A DNA stretch of 64,000 nucleotides from NCBI GenBank assembly GCA_047495785.1, contig JBLDXI010000030.1:930001-994000 (forward strand), in the 5' to 3' direction. Within the stretch, counting starts at the first letter, position 1; each line of letters begins with the position of its first letter. Of this stretch, positions 47,581 through 60,171 are shown piece after piece. Source of the stretch: Lepidodermella squamata (taxonomy: Eukaryota; Animalia; Gastrotricha). The notes beneath the pieces are model-generated. The model did no database searches, was not told where the DNA came from, and saw nothing but the letters and a program-made list of their open reading frames with translations. The translations under genes were made by a program, and so were the position numbers.

Positions 47581-48756
47581 ATGAAATCGCTTTTAGTTCT
47601 TTTGCTTTTGGCGGTAAGGCCGGCGTGCGTAGAAGGTGCATCATCGGCGGCCGGCAAGTTTGAGGCGAGATTTGCAGAACAATGTCCAGCAGTTCTATCG
47701 AAAAGTCTACCGATTGATCAAGCGGTTTATTATACCAACAGCAGCCGTCCGATTGTTGTGGATGTAAATATGATTCTCCACCGTTTCGTGGGAATCGATG
47801 ACGTGGAGCAAAAGCTGTCATTAATTGCATATATGGATATGGATTGGGCGCTGCCATGTGAGACTCCGAAGTGCACAGGTTTACTATCCGAATCAGAGTG
47901 CGCGATACCCTATCGTGATAAGTTTAGTTTCCCGGTTCCAGTTTTGGATATATGGACGCCAGAGATCTATCATTTGACTGCCTTTGAATCTCCCATTTTC
48001 GGTCGTAAAATAACTAATCAAGTCTGGATCTATCCATTTCTTCCACCCGAAGTCAATTATGTCGTGTTTGACCGTTTCGATGTTTCCTGCACGGCTTTCA
48101 GTTACAAAAAGTTCCCATTCGACACTCAAGCATGCTCTCTAGTATTCGAATCCGGCGATATGATCAAGGAAGTATCCTTCAGACTTCAAAAATTTGAAAT
48201 TGACACATCTGCTTGGAAATCCTTCGTTGTTGACTCTGATATATGGTCGGTTGTCGAGCCTCTCGAGCACAGCAGCCAGCCATCAGTGCATGGATATGGC
48301 ACGTTCACTGTTGACCAAATAAATATGACAGTTCGATTTCGCCGCAAAAGTGGCTACTACGTCTGCAACATCTTCGTCCCAACTATCACATTGTTCATCC
48401 TTCAAGTTTTCTCTTTGATTGCCGAACCTGTGAACAGAGATCAATCAGCCTTTTGCGTGAGCGTCGTGATTTCTTACGTTGTTTTTCTCACATTGATTTT
48501 TGGCATGATGCCAAAAACTTCGGATCATGTCTACCTTGTGTACATGGTTTCAGCAAAATTCATCGTTGCTGTCTTTATCACGGCCTATACTTGTTTCAGC
48601 CCGAGTCTCCCTGAGCCTCTGAAATTTCGGGTTTTAAAGCTTAGCAAATACCTGGAAATATCCATGCACCGCCTCCTGGACCTGGCAGTGGCCTCGGCTG
48701 CAAGCCTTATTGTAATGATTATTGACTCAGTTCTTTTCTCCCTCATGTTATCTTGA
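47581..48756 (+). CDS. Cys-loop pLGIC subunit, subfamily A, intronless, intact (391 aa)
   Basis: MKSLLVLLLL signal peptide; CTAFSYKKFPFDTQAC; four TMs. Confidence 0.92.
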   Translation: MKSLLVLLLLAVRPACVEGASSAAGKFEARFAEQCPAVLSKSLPIDQAVYYTNSSRPIVVDVNMILHRFVGIDDVEQKLSLIAYMDMDWALPCETPKCTGLLSESECAIPYRDKFSFPVPVLDIWTPEIYHLTAFESPIFGRKITNQVWIYPFLPPEVNYVVFDRFDVSCTAFSYKKFPFDTQACSLVFESGDMIKEVSFRLQKFEIDTSAWKSFVVDSDIWSVVEPLEHSSQPSVHGYGTFTVDQINMTVRFRRKSGYYVCNIFVPTITLFILQVFSLIAEPVNRDQSAFCVSVVISYVVFLTLIFGMMPKTSDHVYLVYMVSAKFIVAVFITAYTCFSPSLPEPLKFRVLKLSKYLEISMHRLLDLAVASAASLIVMIIDSVLFSLMLS

Positions 48757-48898
48757 ACTCTTAAATACCCATCCCGATTTCGATAGTCTGCTCTATCACC
48801 AAGCGTCTTAAATCTTAAACACTCTTCAATAACAGAAAATGCATTATATTTTAAACCTTGATTTATTATTCATTTTTCAATTGATTCAATTGTTCAAT

Positions 48899-50077
48899 TC
48901 AATCGGCTGTGAACTCAAAAAATGCCACAAGTGTAGAGGTGAAAACGAAGCAAACCAGGAGAAACACTACAACAGCATCTGCTAGTCGTAACCGGCTCAT
49001 GTTGAGAATTATTTTTGTGCCTAATAATGGCCCGAATTTCCGCGGTTTCAACAGAGATTTGCTGGACGCGAGCATGCAAGTGGCCAGCGAATAAAGGATA
49101 CAGGCCACTCCTATGTACAACTGCGATGTTATGAACGAAACAATGATGACGCTTTCGGAAGTTTTCGGAATCTCGCTCTGAATCGACTGCTGAAGAAAGA
49201 AGAAAGCTAGAATTACCGAGACACCATAGTACGGTCTATTAGTATCTTGCGGTGGTAGTAGGATGAAAGCCATTTGTAAAATGATAAGAGCTATAGATGG
49301 TAGCAAAACACTAGATATAAAGCCTGTCAGCTTTCTCGAAAAGGAGAACGTGAAAACCATCTGGCAGAAGCGAAGATCAGGCACGATTTCATAAATTCCA
49401 AAGCTGATTGAAGTCGTTATGTTGTCGAGAGACCAAATGCTTGAAGTAGGGATAAAATCGCTGTAGATCTGCCGAGATATTCGTGTGGCATTGACATATC
49501 TAGTATCTCGGTAGAACTCGAGTTTCAAATCGCATTTTTGCTTATCGAACGGGTATTTTCTGAACTTGAAATCGCACAAAAGATCGAAGCGTAGAGAATT
49601 GAGCCATTTTGAAGTTCCATATCCCTCGAGTACGACATAGCTAGTTTCAGAGTGACTCAGGCTCAAGGTTACGTATTCCAGGGCGGTTACGTGCATCAAC
49701 TCAGGGATCCAAGTGTCTGACGCCTTCATGAATACATTTTTCATTGAGTTATTCTTCGGCCATGCTTTTTCGACGCAGGGGTTGTGCCACGTCATCATGT
49801 ATCGAGCGACAAAAGACAATCGCTGGTTCAACTCGTCGATTTCGATGAATTTGAGAAGCGATATTGATGGTCTAATTAGGACGCTACCATCTTGCGGCCT
49901 CAAATGTCGCCCGTCATCCCAGCACGTTTCTTCCAGTGCTTTGTGTATCTTGAATTCTTCACTAGAGTATGCATGGCTGTATCCCCCGAGAAAAACGATT
50001 ACGAAAAACCAAATCATCATGATTATGCGAACATGGCTTATGCTCACTGGAGTGTCACTGCGCGTAGCAGACTTCAT
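48899..50077 (-). CDS. Cys-loop pLGIC subunit, subfamily C, intronless, intact
   Basis: LRP motif, WIPEL, CDFKFRKYPFDKQKC, four TMs; true start may be the downstream MMIWFF Met. Confidence 0.9.
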   Translation of the reverse strand: MKSATRSDTPVSISHVRIIMMIWFFVIVFLGGYSHAYSSEEFKIHKALEETCWDDGRHLRPQDGSVLIRPSISLLKFIEIDELNQRLSFVARYMMTWHNPCVEKAWPKNNSMKNVFMKASDTWIPELMHVTALEYVTLSLSHSETSYVVLEGYGTSKWLNSLRFDLLCDFKFRKYPFDKQKCDLKLEFYRDTRYVNATRISRQIYSDFIPTSSIWSLDNITTSISFGIYEIVPDLRFCQMVFTFSFSRKLTGFISSVLLPSIALIILQMAFILLPPQDTNRPYYGVSVILAFFFLQQSIQSEIPKTSESVIIVSFITSQLYIGVACILYSLATCMLASSKSLLKPRKFGPLLGTKIILNMSRLRLADAVVVFLLVCFVFTSTLVAFFEFTAD

Positions 50078-50860
50078 TTCCTGATAAATATCGATGCTTT
50101 TTCACACCTCTCTCCTGCCAATCTGAACTGTATTTTTTATCTTTAGCTATAGAGTCCGAATCCCGATAAAAAATGGAAGCTGGCTTATGCTTCTCTTAGG
50201 AATTTGAGCCAATCAGCCTCTCATCAATCTGGGTTGTACGGTACTTCGCCTACTGCTGGCAAAATGTTTGCACCAGGGCCGGATTATCCATTACGGAATT
50301 GAGGCAGTTGCCTTACGGCCTGATGAAATTTTGCCCAATTTGATTGAAAACCACTCTGGCAGGGTGCGAAGTACAGGGGGAAAGCATTTTGCCAGTATCG
50401 TACCCCCTGTTCGCAAGACCAAAGTGGAAAAGCCCAAAAAACCACAGCAGTGACCCTTTGGTCATATAATTTGGGCCCGAAAATACTCCTAGTTCGAGGA
50501 TCCTACTTCGCGCACTGCACTCGGGGACCGTTACAATCAAGAGACCACGTGGGCCAGATCTGCAATTTGAGGGCCCTTGGTAATTTTCAGGTGTCATGAT
50601 CTGTCGTGATCTGGGACTGGCTTGTGGCTTGCGCGACAAAATCTAATAAAAACAGTTTTTTCGTAGTTGAGCGGTAAGATTCGAATGTCGGGGTCGAAAA
50701 GTTGCTGCATTCCAATAACCAGTTCTTTAATATAAATCATATATTGTGAAAGAATAATAGTAGGTTGAATGGCAGTGGAAGCAAGGTAGTATCGCATTTT
50801 CCAATATCTGATTATCAAATGAAGGAAGCACGCCATGTTTTACCACGCATCAGTTAATTA

Positions 50861-51317
50861 CCGTATTTTATCGAATAGTATCCTGGGATATTATTTTTTT
50901 CTGAACTCGAAAAGTAGTGAAAAAATCGGGCTATTATTCGAGGGGGCTTTTATTCAAGGCAGGCTATTATTTATCCTAAAACGTCAAATCATCACTTCAA
51001 CAGACATTCTTGGTCATTTTTAGCTTGAATATATTCTCTTTGTCGCTATAATTGAGCTTAAATGCACTGTAGTTATCTTCCCCGTTGTCGCACTTTCTCT
51101 TCTCTACGTCTCATTTTTCTTGAGGCACGCTAGCCACCTCCCCCATTCTTTCTACATGAGCTGATCATACTAGAACTATTGTTATTACTATATGGAATGT
51201 GGCTATTATTCGAGGTGGGCTATTATCAACCTTTGGACCCAATATTTCGATGAATTTTTGTGGCTATTATTCGAGGGGGCTATTATTTGAGGTTGGATAC
51301 TATTCGATAAAATACGG
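50861..51317. mobile_element. pogo/Tigger-like MITE
   Basis: TA TSD; perfect 23-bp TIR CCGTATTTTATCGAATAGTATCC; internal GGCTATTATTCGAGG repeats. Confidence 0.88.
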
Positions 51318-51649
51318 TAACCAATAATCATCTTTATGCTATTGCCAATGAGGTTAAGTCGAGAAGATCAAGAATTCATTCAGAGTTCGGCGTAACAATG
51401 AACCGTCTTGCTGCTAGCGTTCGAAGTAGGATCCTGGATCCTGGATCCTGTAAACTCAGGTGCTTGACAGAACTCAGGTGCAGAAACCAAATGGGCCCCA
51501 CTGTGGTTTTTTCCACCTTCCTCTGATTGGAATCTCCGAGTTGGGTAGCGGGACACCCCAGCAGCCCTCTCCTTCACAGCTGCTAATAGTTAGATTTAGC
51601 CGCATTATTATATTTGGGGCATTTTATTGGGTTTTTGAGGTGGAAAAAA

Positions 51650-52921
51650 TTAGGTAACCATTAAATAGAATAACACAACATCAGCCACAGTAATTACGAA
51701 AATGGTTGCAACCGCAACTGCGACGTCCATTCGGCGAATAGGAGTTGTTTCCCAGCAGAATGCCCTGACCTTTTCCGTCTGGCGTTGAGCGTAATTACAA
51801 GCTATTAACATGTAAACTGTCAGAGCCATGCCAATTATAGACTTCATTGCAATTCCAACAACGATGTAGATAACTTCCGAGGTCTGAGGAATCTGAGTAG
51901 CCAACAAGCCAAGGGTTACGGAGTTGGCTAAAACCACGGTCATGCTAAAAGCTGGCCGGTCAGGCATATCAGGAGGCATGATCAAACAAAAAAGTTGGGT
52001 GATCAAAAGTCCGTAAGTTGGTATGAAAACTGTTGGAACATAGTAGACAGCCTTTCTCCTAAATGTGAAGCTGAGTTCGATATACACAGACGAAAAGCCG
52101 TCGTTTGTATCGTAATCTTCCACGAGAGTCGTGTAGTTTTCTAGTATCCAAATGTCACTGGCTGTGAGAAAGTTATCGGTCATCATCACGTCATCGATGA
52201 AGTAGTCAACGAGCTCGGCTTTGTCGAGCGATTGGAAACTCATCGCACATTCGAAGCGATCGAACGGGAATTTTGCGAATTTGGTGTCGCAGATGGACGT
52301 GATAGTTCCAGATGTTATCAAATTCCCGTAAAGAGTGTCATTTTGCCTCCTGATAACTTCCGTAGACTTCGCCATCCTAAGAAAAATATTTGGAAAAAGG
52401 TCCCGGCCATTCAGAACAAAATTTACTCTTCGAAGGGCCGGCTGGTTGAGAAGCCGTTTTCTTGCGCCAATGTTGGGTACCAAATCGGGCTTTCTTCCGG
52501 TTTTCCTATTGCCATTGGAAAGTTTATCAGCATGCGATTCATCTCGCAGGCCTTGATCGAAACATCGCTGGCTAGAACTGAGCACTCGAAAGGCTCGCCG
52601 CAGTTGTAAGGCCATGCGAGGCGGTAGAAAGCATGCATCGACAACCTGTTGTGGAATCTAATAGTCTCTACGTAAGTTTATTTTATAGAAAAATTACGTC
52701 TGATCAACGTCTTTAATTGCAATGAATCGAGTGAACCAAACTCGTAGTGATATGTTCAGCGGAGCACCGCAGTTTACCATGCTGTCGACTGGTAGATTCG
52801 GGGACGTGACGTCAGGAAACGCCTTCAAAACATCGCGTCGAATTGTCTCTGCTACAGAGCCTTCGGCATGAGCCGATTGCAAACTTATTACAACAAAAAC
52901 TAACACAGGTTGAAGTTTCAT
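51650..52921 (-). CDS. Cys-loop pLGIC subunit, subfamily B, intact
   Basis: Exons 52921-52698, 52645-52427, 52376-51650; introns 52 and 50 nt. Confidence 0.92.
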
Positions 52922-53689
52922 AGCTGGGAAATAAACCGACGAATATGTGTGGTAGGTCCAGCGTTGATATTCTAGCCGCTTTAAACCTAAAGAAAGGTGT
53001 CATTGCGTGAGAAGAAATAATGTCTATCTTTCAAGTAAATCAATACATTGTGAATGCAAAATCTTCGGGATTGATTGCATAGAAAAAATCAGTTTCGAAG
53101 ATAGACCTTTCGCTGATTCTCCAAATAAATATGCAGCACATGAGACACTTGCAGTAATTACAGTAATAGTACAGTAACTACCTAATAGGAGCCAATGCGA
53201 TTCAGAAGGAAAGGCATTTGTTTTGTCCCGATGGTGAGGTTAGCAGCTATCAATTGGTCCCTAGGCCCTATTAGGTTTTACTAGCCAGCTGCCAATTGGA
53301 GCGACCTTCGCTGTGACCCTGGTTGACTAAAAAAGAGGTGAGAAATAGCAAACCGATCCTGATCCAGGGTCAGGAGAAAAACTTCATACAAAATGCTTAG
53401 GAATGCATGACCAATGTAGATCAGACTTTCTCAAGTCATTTTTTTAAACATTTGTCAACATTAACAAAATGTATTTTTTCAAAAAAAGCAAAAAAAATTG
53501 TCCCTCTCAATTATTGTTCTTCCAATCGTTACGACAATTTCGTGGAATTTTCCGGGCAAACAACAAAGAGCTTAGCTTCTAGTTTTGAGGCGATCATTTA
53601 GAGCCGCGCCATGGAGCGGTATTCAATCACGTGTTTGTCATGCATGGATGCACATTGGTACGATTTCACGGCCTAAGGATGATGTGTAT

Positions 53690-55017
53690 TCACGAGAGCA
53701 TCAGGGAATACAAGAAGATATCGGAAATAACTATTGCAACCACAGTGACTATCGTGACAGCGAGATCACATAATCTAACAGTCGTCATTTGAAAGCCGCA
53801 AGCTGCGATGATTTTATCAGGATTTCTCGCATAGCAGCAAACTATCAGCATGTATACAGTCAGAGCCATTCCAACCATGTATTTTATCATGGTTGCAACA
53901 ACGATGTAAATGACTTCTGACGTTGCTGGAACATCCTTGTTCATAAGGCTCAAAGTTACCGAATTAGCAAGAACAACAGCCATACTGAATGCAGGCCTGT
54001 CGGGCATTTTGGGCGGCATTGCCATGCAAAACAGCTGAGTGATGAAGAGGCCGTAAGTTGGAACAATGACATTGACTAGGTAATAGCCGGGCTTTCGAGT
54101 GAACACAAAGCCGACCTGAGCAGATGTGACGGAGAATCCTTCGCTTTGCTCAATCACATCATGATTCACATAGCTGTCCTTGAACTTCCATATGTCAGTT
54201 TCGGCCATGAGCTCTGGTGGAACTATCAGCTTCTGAACGATGAAGGTCGAAAATTCAGCGAAATCCATCGAAATCAGATTGATTGAACAATCAAAGACGT
54301 CGAAGGGGAATTTCGCGAACGAAGTGTGGCACGTCGATGATAAGGTCCCCGGAGCTGCTATAAACCCGTAAAGTCCACCGTCAGTCATTGATAACACTTG
54401 CGCCATTGTTGTCATGCTGAAACGGAACGAAATTGTGAGAGAACATATTATTTCTAATGAGCTGACATTTCTTAGGTTCAAGTATGAAGAATACTCACGC
54501 TTCAAATGGACGGCTTGTCGCGACCCCATTATCATGTATAACCGCTGGGTACCATACTGGGTTTTCATCGGGTTTGCCCAGAGGTCGAGGGATATTGACA
54601 AAGAAGCTATTTTCGTGACACGCTTCTCTAGTAGAATTCCTCGACAATATGTCACAGTTGAATAGCTTTCCGCAATTGTAGGGCCAGGAAAATCGAAATA
54701 TGCCGTACAATGACAGCCTGTTTTCGAATAAATGCCAACTTTACTTGGGTGAGCAATATAAAGCATAGCAGTTACGCCGTGTTGATCTCGTTGATGCTGA
54801 CAAAACGACTTAGATGAACCAGCAAAGATATGTTTAGCTTCGTCCCGCATGAAACCCAACTATCAATGGGTAAATTTGGAGAGCTGACGTCGGGGAAAGC
54901 AGCAAGGATATCTTCTCTGATTGAATCAGCATCAGATTTGCCAGTGTAGACAAACATCACGTGAAGGCTGATTAAAATAGCCAATACAACTTGCAACGAG
55001 GCAAAAAATGCTGGCAT
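53690..55017 (-). CDS. Cys-loop pLGIC subunit, subfamily B, intact
   Basis: Exons 55017-54776, 54717-54499, 54416-53690; introns 58 and 82 nt. Confidence 0.9.
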
Positions 55018-56639
55018 ATGAGATCAGAGCTTTCGAGCGAATCTCCAGTTCACTGCGCTGTCAGATGCAATAAAGAGGAGATCATTGATTAGTATTTTTT
55101 TGGAGTTGTTCTGAGGGTCCCTGAGGAATCCTCTTTTTTGCATTAGACAAAGAAGACGAAACAAATAATTCTATCTTGGGTGATTTTCCTAACTTTTTCG
55201 AAAAAATTTCTACATGAGCTAATAATTGCCCCAAAAATGGTTTTTTCAACCCAAAATCGCCGAATATAGCTGGAAAGAATTATTGCCCTTTTCAGCGAAT
55301 TTTAACAAATCGTCAGTGAGACACAGAGGGGCCGCTTCTCTTAGTTATGAGTGGAGCATAACATGTGTTGAAAAAGGTAACTGCGTTTTTAAATTTAATT
55401 GAAATTATAACTGGCGGATTTGAACATGCTGCTGAAATTGTCATGAACGTCTTTCGGGACAGAGTCTTTAAATTTTTCAGTTTTTACCACGATTTAATGC
55501 AAATAAAACATTTACTTTTGATTATATACCAGCCATAAGTATACAACGCTGTAGCAGATATAAAATTAACGATCTTTATCTATATTCACTATTAGCGAAT
55601 TTATTTTAGTTGAATTTACAAAAAACCGTTGGACGGCGTTGGGTGTCGCGCTTTGTTTGCTAACGACGGTTAGTTTCCTATCTGCTATCTGCGCAGAAAT
55701 CGAAGCGGCACAAGTCGATAGCCCAATCGATTGATATACACACCAATCGATTGATTTATATGATGATCCATAGTGACCCACACGGCTCGGCAATTATCTT
55801 GTTGAAAGATAATGCTCATTCATAACCTGCTCATACCCTATAGGGCTTAAATCCCCTATAAGGGGTGTACAAGATATGTTATATAATCATATTGTTCAAA
55901 AAACTGAAAATACGTAGCGTTTGTGATTAAAACCTTACAACACAACCAGAATCCGGGGCTCTTAAAACAGAAACATAAAAAATCTTACATTTCGGCATCT
56001 TGTAGGTATTCATAAGAGCGGAATAAAATTCCAGTCGTTATGAGGACCATTGGTCAAGAAATATTTCCTGAACTTTATGAAACATCAATGGAAATCCAGG
56101 AAAACCAATGTCGAAGATTAATTGGCATTTCGCCGAGAAGGGTATTCTCATTGCAGCACATGAGACACTTGAACTATCGCCGCAATTATTTACTGCAACA
56201 ACGGTTCGCAAAATGTTGTTTTGTTCCGAAGGTAAGGGCTTATGTGAGCAGCTATCAATTGGCCCCTATGCCCTAGGTCTTCACTAGCCAGGTGCTAATG
56301 GGACCGACAAACGCTGTGACACTGGTTGACTCAATACGAGGTGAGAAATAGCGAACCCATCGTGATCCTTCCTTGTCGAATGTTGAAAGGAGACACTTTT
56401 TATACACGATGCACGGGGATTTATTGGATCATTTTTTGAAAATTCGTCAGAAATAGTAAAAAATAAAATAAGAACCAAACAATTCTCCGACCCAATTCTC
56501 AATCGAATTGATATTGTCCAGGAATTTTCCGGGGAAAGCTGATTTTTGAGGCGAGAATAGTTGGCCGCGCAATGGAGCGGTATTTAATCATGTGTCATGC
56601 ATGAGTGCACATTGGTACGATTGCAAGGAGGATGCGTAT

Positions 56640-57922
56640 TCACGAGAGCATCAGGGTATACAAGAAAACATCGGAAATAGTGATAGCAACCACAGTGACT
56701 ATCATGACAGCGAGATCACAGAATCTAACAGTCGTCATTCGAAAGCCACTAACTGTTACAATTTTATCAGGATTTCTCGCATAGCAGCAAACTATCAGCA
56801 TGTATACAGTCAGAGCCATTCCAACCATGTATTTTATCATGGTTGCAACAACGATGTAAATGACTTCTGACGTTGCTGGAACATCCTTGTTCATAAGGCT
56901 CAAAGTTACCGAATTAGCAAGGACAACAGCCATACTGAATGCAGGCCGGTCAGGCATTTTGGGCGGCATGGCCATGCAAAACAGTTGTGTGATGAAGAGG
57001 CCGTAAGTTGGAATAACGACATTGGCGAGGTAATAGCCCGGCTTTCTGGAGAACACAAATCGCAAGCTAACTGATGAGATTGCGTATCCTTCTTTTTGAA
57101 GGTAAGTCCCGTGAGTTACATGAACGCCTTGATAATTCCATATATCCTTCTCGCTCATGGAGAAGGCAACTTCCGGTTGCTCGACTATGAAGTTCGAAAA
57201 TTCGGCAAAATCCATGGATGTCAGACTGATTGAACAATCGAATACGTCGAAGGGGAATTTCGCGAAGGAAGTCTCGCACATCGATGATAAGGTCCCCGGA
57301 GACGCTATAAACCCGTAAAGCCCGCCGTCGGCCATCGATAATACTTTTGAACCATTGTTGTCATTCTGAAGCGGAACAAAATAAGTGAAAACAGTTTTAG
57401 TAATAAAGTATCAAGAAAACTCACTCTTCAAATGGACGGCTTGTAGCTAATCCATTATCATGTATTACAGCCGGGTACCATACTGGGTTGCTATCGGGTT
57501 TACCTAGAGGTCGAGGGATATTGACAAAGAAGCTATTTTCGTGACACGCTTCTCTAGTAGAATTCCTCGACAATATGTCACAGTTGAATAGCTTTCCGCA
57601 ATTGTAGGGCCAGGAAAATCGAAATATGCCGTACAATGACAGCCTGTTTTCGAATAAATGCCAACTTTACTTGGGTGAGCAATATAAAGCATAGCAGTTA
57701 CGCCGTGTTGATCTCGTTGATGCTGACAAAACGACTTAGATGAACCAGCAAAGATATGTTTAGCTTCGTCCCGCATGAAACCCAACTATCAATGGGTAAA
57801 TTTGGAGAGCTGACGTCGGGGAAAGCAGCAAGGATATCTTCTCTGATTGAATCAGCATCAGATTTGCCACTGGAGACAAACATCCCGTGAAGGCTGATTA
57901 AAATAGCCAGTACTAGATACAT
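56640..57922 (-). pseudogene. Subfamily B pLGIC with a 2-nt frameshift at the start of exon 3
   Basis: Exons 57922-57702, 57643-57425, 57365-56640; CAA-AA-GTA at ~57345-57348 where the paralog has CAA-GTG; otherwise intact. Confidence 0.75.
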
Positions 57923-58612
57923 CTTTAAAAGTATCAAAATAACTGGTACAATTGAAAGTCAATCGTTTATTTGCCGTACATCATAAAAAAAACCATATAG
58001 TAAGCTGTTTACACTCTGTCCGGAATGTCTGGCCTGTTCAAACAGCATGTTCAAATATATTGTATAAACATTCCTATAAATAGCTCAACATACTATTCGT
58101 CCGTGATTTGATACATTTATACCTTTTACCTAGAAACCAATCTTGAAGTGCGGACTTTTTAAACTGAAACATGAAATGTCACATTTTCACGACGCCTCAA
58201 GTTCTTGTTAAACCATAATTCGTTTTTCATGAAATATTTCCCGAACTATAATTAAAAACATTTTAGCAAAATATTTTTTATCATATCCATCGTGAATCAA
58301 TCCGAAGTTTCTTTATGGCGGACTGAGGTGTCCCTAAGGCTACTTTCAAGGGAGCAGCTTGATGCTTGCTACCCAACCGCATCTGACAACTGAAATAGTA
58401 GATCCAACAGAGTATGCCTCATCGTTTGCCGATAAAATCGATAAAATCCAAAAAGCAAACGAAAAATGTTCTCATTTTCATTTCCGCTTTGCGCAACTTG
58501 TTTCCTGGCATGTTTGGCGCAGATTCGGCGGTATTATTATTATATGGTATGGTAGCATGCAGAAGCTTCAGCAACCCGCAAGAACTGATTGTATTCTCCA
58601 TTTTCATATTCG

Positions 58613-59890
58613 ATGCAGCTCTTATTTGTTTTATTCACCCTGACTTACGCGATGAGCTGTGCCATGTGCGATGAATCTATCGCTGGGTCAATTCGCGATG
58701 ATCTTTTCGCTGCTTTTCCTGACTTGAAATCGCCAAATTTACCTGTTGATAGCAAGGCTGGCTGCGGAACGAAGTTGAACATATCAATGCAGACTTCGTT
58801 CACTCGCTTTGTAGGCATCAACGAGATCGACGTAACGTAAATTGTCTTTCAATTTGAATAGAATTTCGCGCATTTTCCGATTTAACAGGATGTCTTTGTT
58901 CGGAATATTTCGAGTGTCCTGGCCCTACAATTGTGGGAAGCCGTTCAGCTGTGCCATACTACAAAACGCTTCTTCGAGAAAAATTTGTGAGGAGAATCGA
59001 TTTTCTGTCAATATCCCTAGGTCTTTGCATAAATCGGATGAGAACGCTGTATGGTATCCGGAGGTTATACATGAAAACGGCTTCACAACAAGCCGACCAT
59101 TCGAAGGGTAAGCATTTTCGAAGCAAAACAGGGGAAAGCATTGAAACCAAGCTTCTGTTGTAGAATGACGACTATGACACAAGTAATGTCCATGCCTGAT
59201 GGTGGGCTTTACGGGTTCATCGTAGCTCCAGGAACACTCATCTCCTCTTGCGAGACTTCCTTCGCGAAATTTCCATTCGACGTCTTCGAATGCTCGATCA
59301 ATCTTACATCCATGGATTTCGCCGATTTTTCAAACTTTGTTGTTCAGGAGCCATGGATTTCAACAAAGCTCATGGGCGAAACTGATATATGGAATATTAG
59401 AGAGAGCTATGTGAATCAGGATGAGCATGAACAAAGCGAAGGATTCTCTGTCACATCTGCTCAGGTCGGCTTTGTGTTCATTCGAAAGCCCGGGTATTAC
59501 CTAGTCAATGTCATTGTTCCAACTTACGGCCTCTTCATCACTCAGCTGTTTTGCATGGCAATGCCGCCCAAAATGCCCGACCGGCCTGCATTCAGCATGG
59601 CCGTTGTTCTTGCGAATTCCGTGACCTTGAGCCTCCTGAATGATGATGTTCCCGCAACGTCCGAGATCATTTACATAGTTGTTGGAATCATGATGAAATA
59701 TATGGTTGGCATGGCTCTAACTGTCTACATGTTGATAGCTTGCCAGCTAGCAAGAAAATCTGAGAAAGTTCTTGAATTTCGTGGTTTTCGACTGACAGCT
59801 GTTCGGTGGCTAGATCTTGTTGTTACAGTAATATCTGCATTGTCAATCCTTATATCCGATATCGTCCTATTTAAGCACATGGTTTCGTAA
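58613..59890 (+). CDS. Cys-loop pLGIC subunit, subfamily B, intact
   Basis: Exons 58613-58836, 58889-59107, 59164-59890; introns 52 and 56 nt. Confidence 0.92.
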
Positions 59891-60171
59891 AAAATGAAGC
59901 TGTGGCCGTCAGACGGGAGGCGTTTATCAGCCCGTTTTTCAAGTGATTTTTGTAAATTTATCAGTTTAAATAAATCAAACCTTTGTCTGATGAAATCACC
60001 CTGTACCGTGTTGCTCAAATTCTATATACGTTTTCAAATCCGAAAAAGCTTGGCAAAATTGTCCTTCAACATCAATCCAACATCGAACATCTAAGAAATT
60101 GATGAAATTATTTTGAGAAATAACGCATCTTTCGGCTCTTTGGCTGCATAATATTCAGCAGCTTTGTTTAT

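Noticed and set aside
51650-52615. 321-aa ORF
   Set aside because: Exon 3 extended through intron 2 and off-frame exon 2
53690-54859. 389-aa single ORF resembling a complete intronless receptor
   Set aside because: Its N-terminal part is an off-frame read-through of exons 1-2 and introns; the spliced model restores all motifs
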